Positions 62,594-64,000 of a DNA stretch of 64,000 nt are shown here, piece after piece. Origin of the DNA: Selaginella moellendorffii (Eukaryota; Plantae; Lycopodiophyta); assembly GCF_000143415.4 (NCBI RefSeq), contig NW_003314307.1, positions 76,922 to 140,921 on the forward strand, read 5' to 3'. The notes under the pieces are model-generated. The model did no database searches, was not told the DNA's origin, and saw nothing but the letters and a program-made list of their open reading frames with translations. The first letter of the stretch is position 1; each line of letters begins with the position of its first letter. The position numbers and the translations under genes were made by a program.

Positions 62594-63389
62594 TCCTAGG
62601 AGTGGGCCTATCCTTGAGGAGTAGCAAATTGGGAAGATATGACTCTCCACTACAGTTCATGTGGGAACTTGTAGGCGAGGTGGTGGATACAAAAGGGCCA
62701 ATAATGGAACGACTTTGGGATCTTAGAAACAATATAAGGTTTTCTTCATAGAGTTGAGGATGTGATCCAGATGAGCGTTTGACTTAGAAAACTGGTTAAG
62801 ATAGTTGTGGTAAACAACTATAGTTGGGATCACGGTAAAGATAGAGACTCCAAAGCAATAAAGGAGTCACAAGATTATCCTCATATAGTTGAGGTTGGTG
62901 CTCATGAATGTGAGACCAGAAGTAATGACCGCGGGAAGTTAAATACAGAAGAGGACACAAGTCATTGAAATGGTAGCCAGGGCTACCTCTAATAGATGCT
63001 GGAACAACCCAAGGAGTTGGGGGTGTACTTAGATAATGAGTTGGTATCCTTATCACATGGACAAGTAGTCCTAAGGGGCAAAGGTTGCCCCCAGAGAACA
63101 AAATAAAGTGTTGGAATAACACTTATAATGGTGGTCCTGGGGAATAGGACATGAATACAAGAAGTTGTATTCCAATGACCTGGCACCTCAAAAGTAAGAC
63201 CTTATAGGTTGGGGGATTAGGAAAAGTCCAAAAGGCTGAATGACCAAGTGGAGTCAAGGAATGGTCCTAAAGGACAGATGGAAGAATTTGAACTGAGGTG
63301 TGTTGTGCCCCACGAAGGATGGGGAGGATCATAAGATCCAAGTATGAGAACAGTGGGTATCTCATGGGCGGCTCTCTCTTTGCGTGTGG

Positions 63390-64000
63390 GGGAGAAGTAG
63401 CAATACGAGATGTACTTGACGACTTTTCTGATGTTTTTCCATATGAACTTCCTCATGGGTTGTCTTCGTTACGAGGTATGGAGCATGGGATTACATTGGA
63501 GCCAAGGACACGGCCAATTTACCGGCGTCCATTTCGGTTAAATTATGTGGAGGAGCAAAAAGTTCAATGACAAGTTAAGGAGTTACTTGAGTTTGAATTT
63601 ATTCAGCCAAGTAAGTCTCTGTTTGGTGCTCCGGTCTTGCTTGTGAAGAAGAAGGACAGTTCAATGCAGATCTGTATTGACTATCGTGTTTTGAACAAGA
63701 AGACAGTGAAGGATAAGATGCCGATGCCACATGTGGATGATATCCTAGATAAGTTTGGTGAAGCACGAGTGTTTACCAAGATTGATCTAAGGAGTGGATA
63801 TCATCAGATTGCAATGGATGATGCATTTATCTCCAAGACGGCATTCAATACAAGCTTCAGACATTTTGAGTTTACAGTTATGCCGTTTGGTTTGACAAAT
63901 GCACCAGCCACATTTACTAGGTTGATGACGGAAGTATTTGGGTGTTATCTTCATGAGTTTGTGGAGATTTTCTTGGACAATATTCTTGTTTTTAGCAAGA
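63390..64000 (+). pseudogene. pol: Ty3/gypsy reverse transcriptase N-terminal part, truncated by the window edge
   Basis: DVFPYELPHGL, PSKSLFGAPVLLVKKKD, CIDYRVLNK, IDLRSGYHQI, MPFGLTNAPATF. Stop at 63568. Confidence 0.92.

Larger units (their letters stand above)
30720..64000 (+). mobile_element. Element E: LTR 30720-30951, PBS, non-coding leader split by D at TCCTA (resumes 62594), then gypsy RT running off the window
   Basis: tgtaagc..cttata then ttggtatcggagc. 30952-31034 plus 62599-63365 aligns continuously to the C leader 37998-38853. Confidence 0.75.

Overview
Repeat-rich land-plant DNA. TTTAGGG-type repeats, PPR and LRR-RLK remnants and many 47-57 nt GT-AG introns point to a lycophyte such as Selaginella; that assignment is inference. 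Bases 1-15.3 kb are AT-rich and hold a 1.35-kb inverted duplication and gene fragments. Bases 15.3-64 kb are a nest of transposons whose limits can mostly be fixed by LTRs, PBS/PPT and 5-bp target-site duplications. The nest contains a deleted chromovirus B (15338-18649), a young near-intact chromovirus A (18733-26848), copia and gypsy remnants, a minus-strand chromovirus D (31035-62593), a TRIM inside D (34585-35256) and a non-coding LTR element C inside D (36289-60699). Inside C sits a 16.8-kb TIR DNA transposon (39423-56232). Main candidate system: this DNA transposon carries a Sola/DUF7869-like transposase and, divergently, one multi-exon gene that fuses a ParB/Srx-like domain, a degenerate amino-methyltransferase-like fold and FCP1/HAD-like domains. 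About 30 copies of a 24-bp palindrome (AATGGCRTG-N6-CAYGCCATT) are spread over the element and I saw none outside it, which resembles a parS-like or VANC-like self-recognition system. Second candidate: retrotransposon A needs two spliceosomal introns removed to make integrase. It also has a candidate Gag/Pol splice switch and a covarying structured 3-prime UTR. All domain calls come from reading motifs by eye; no searches were run.
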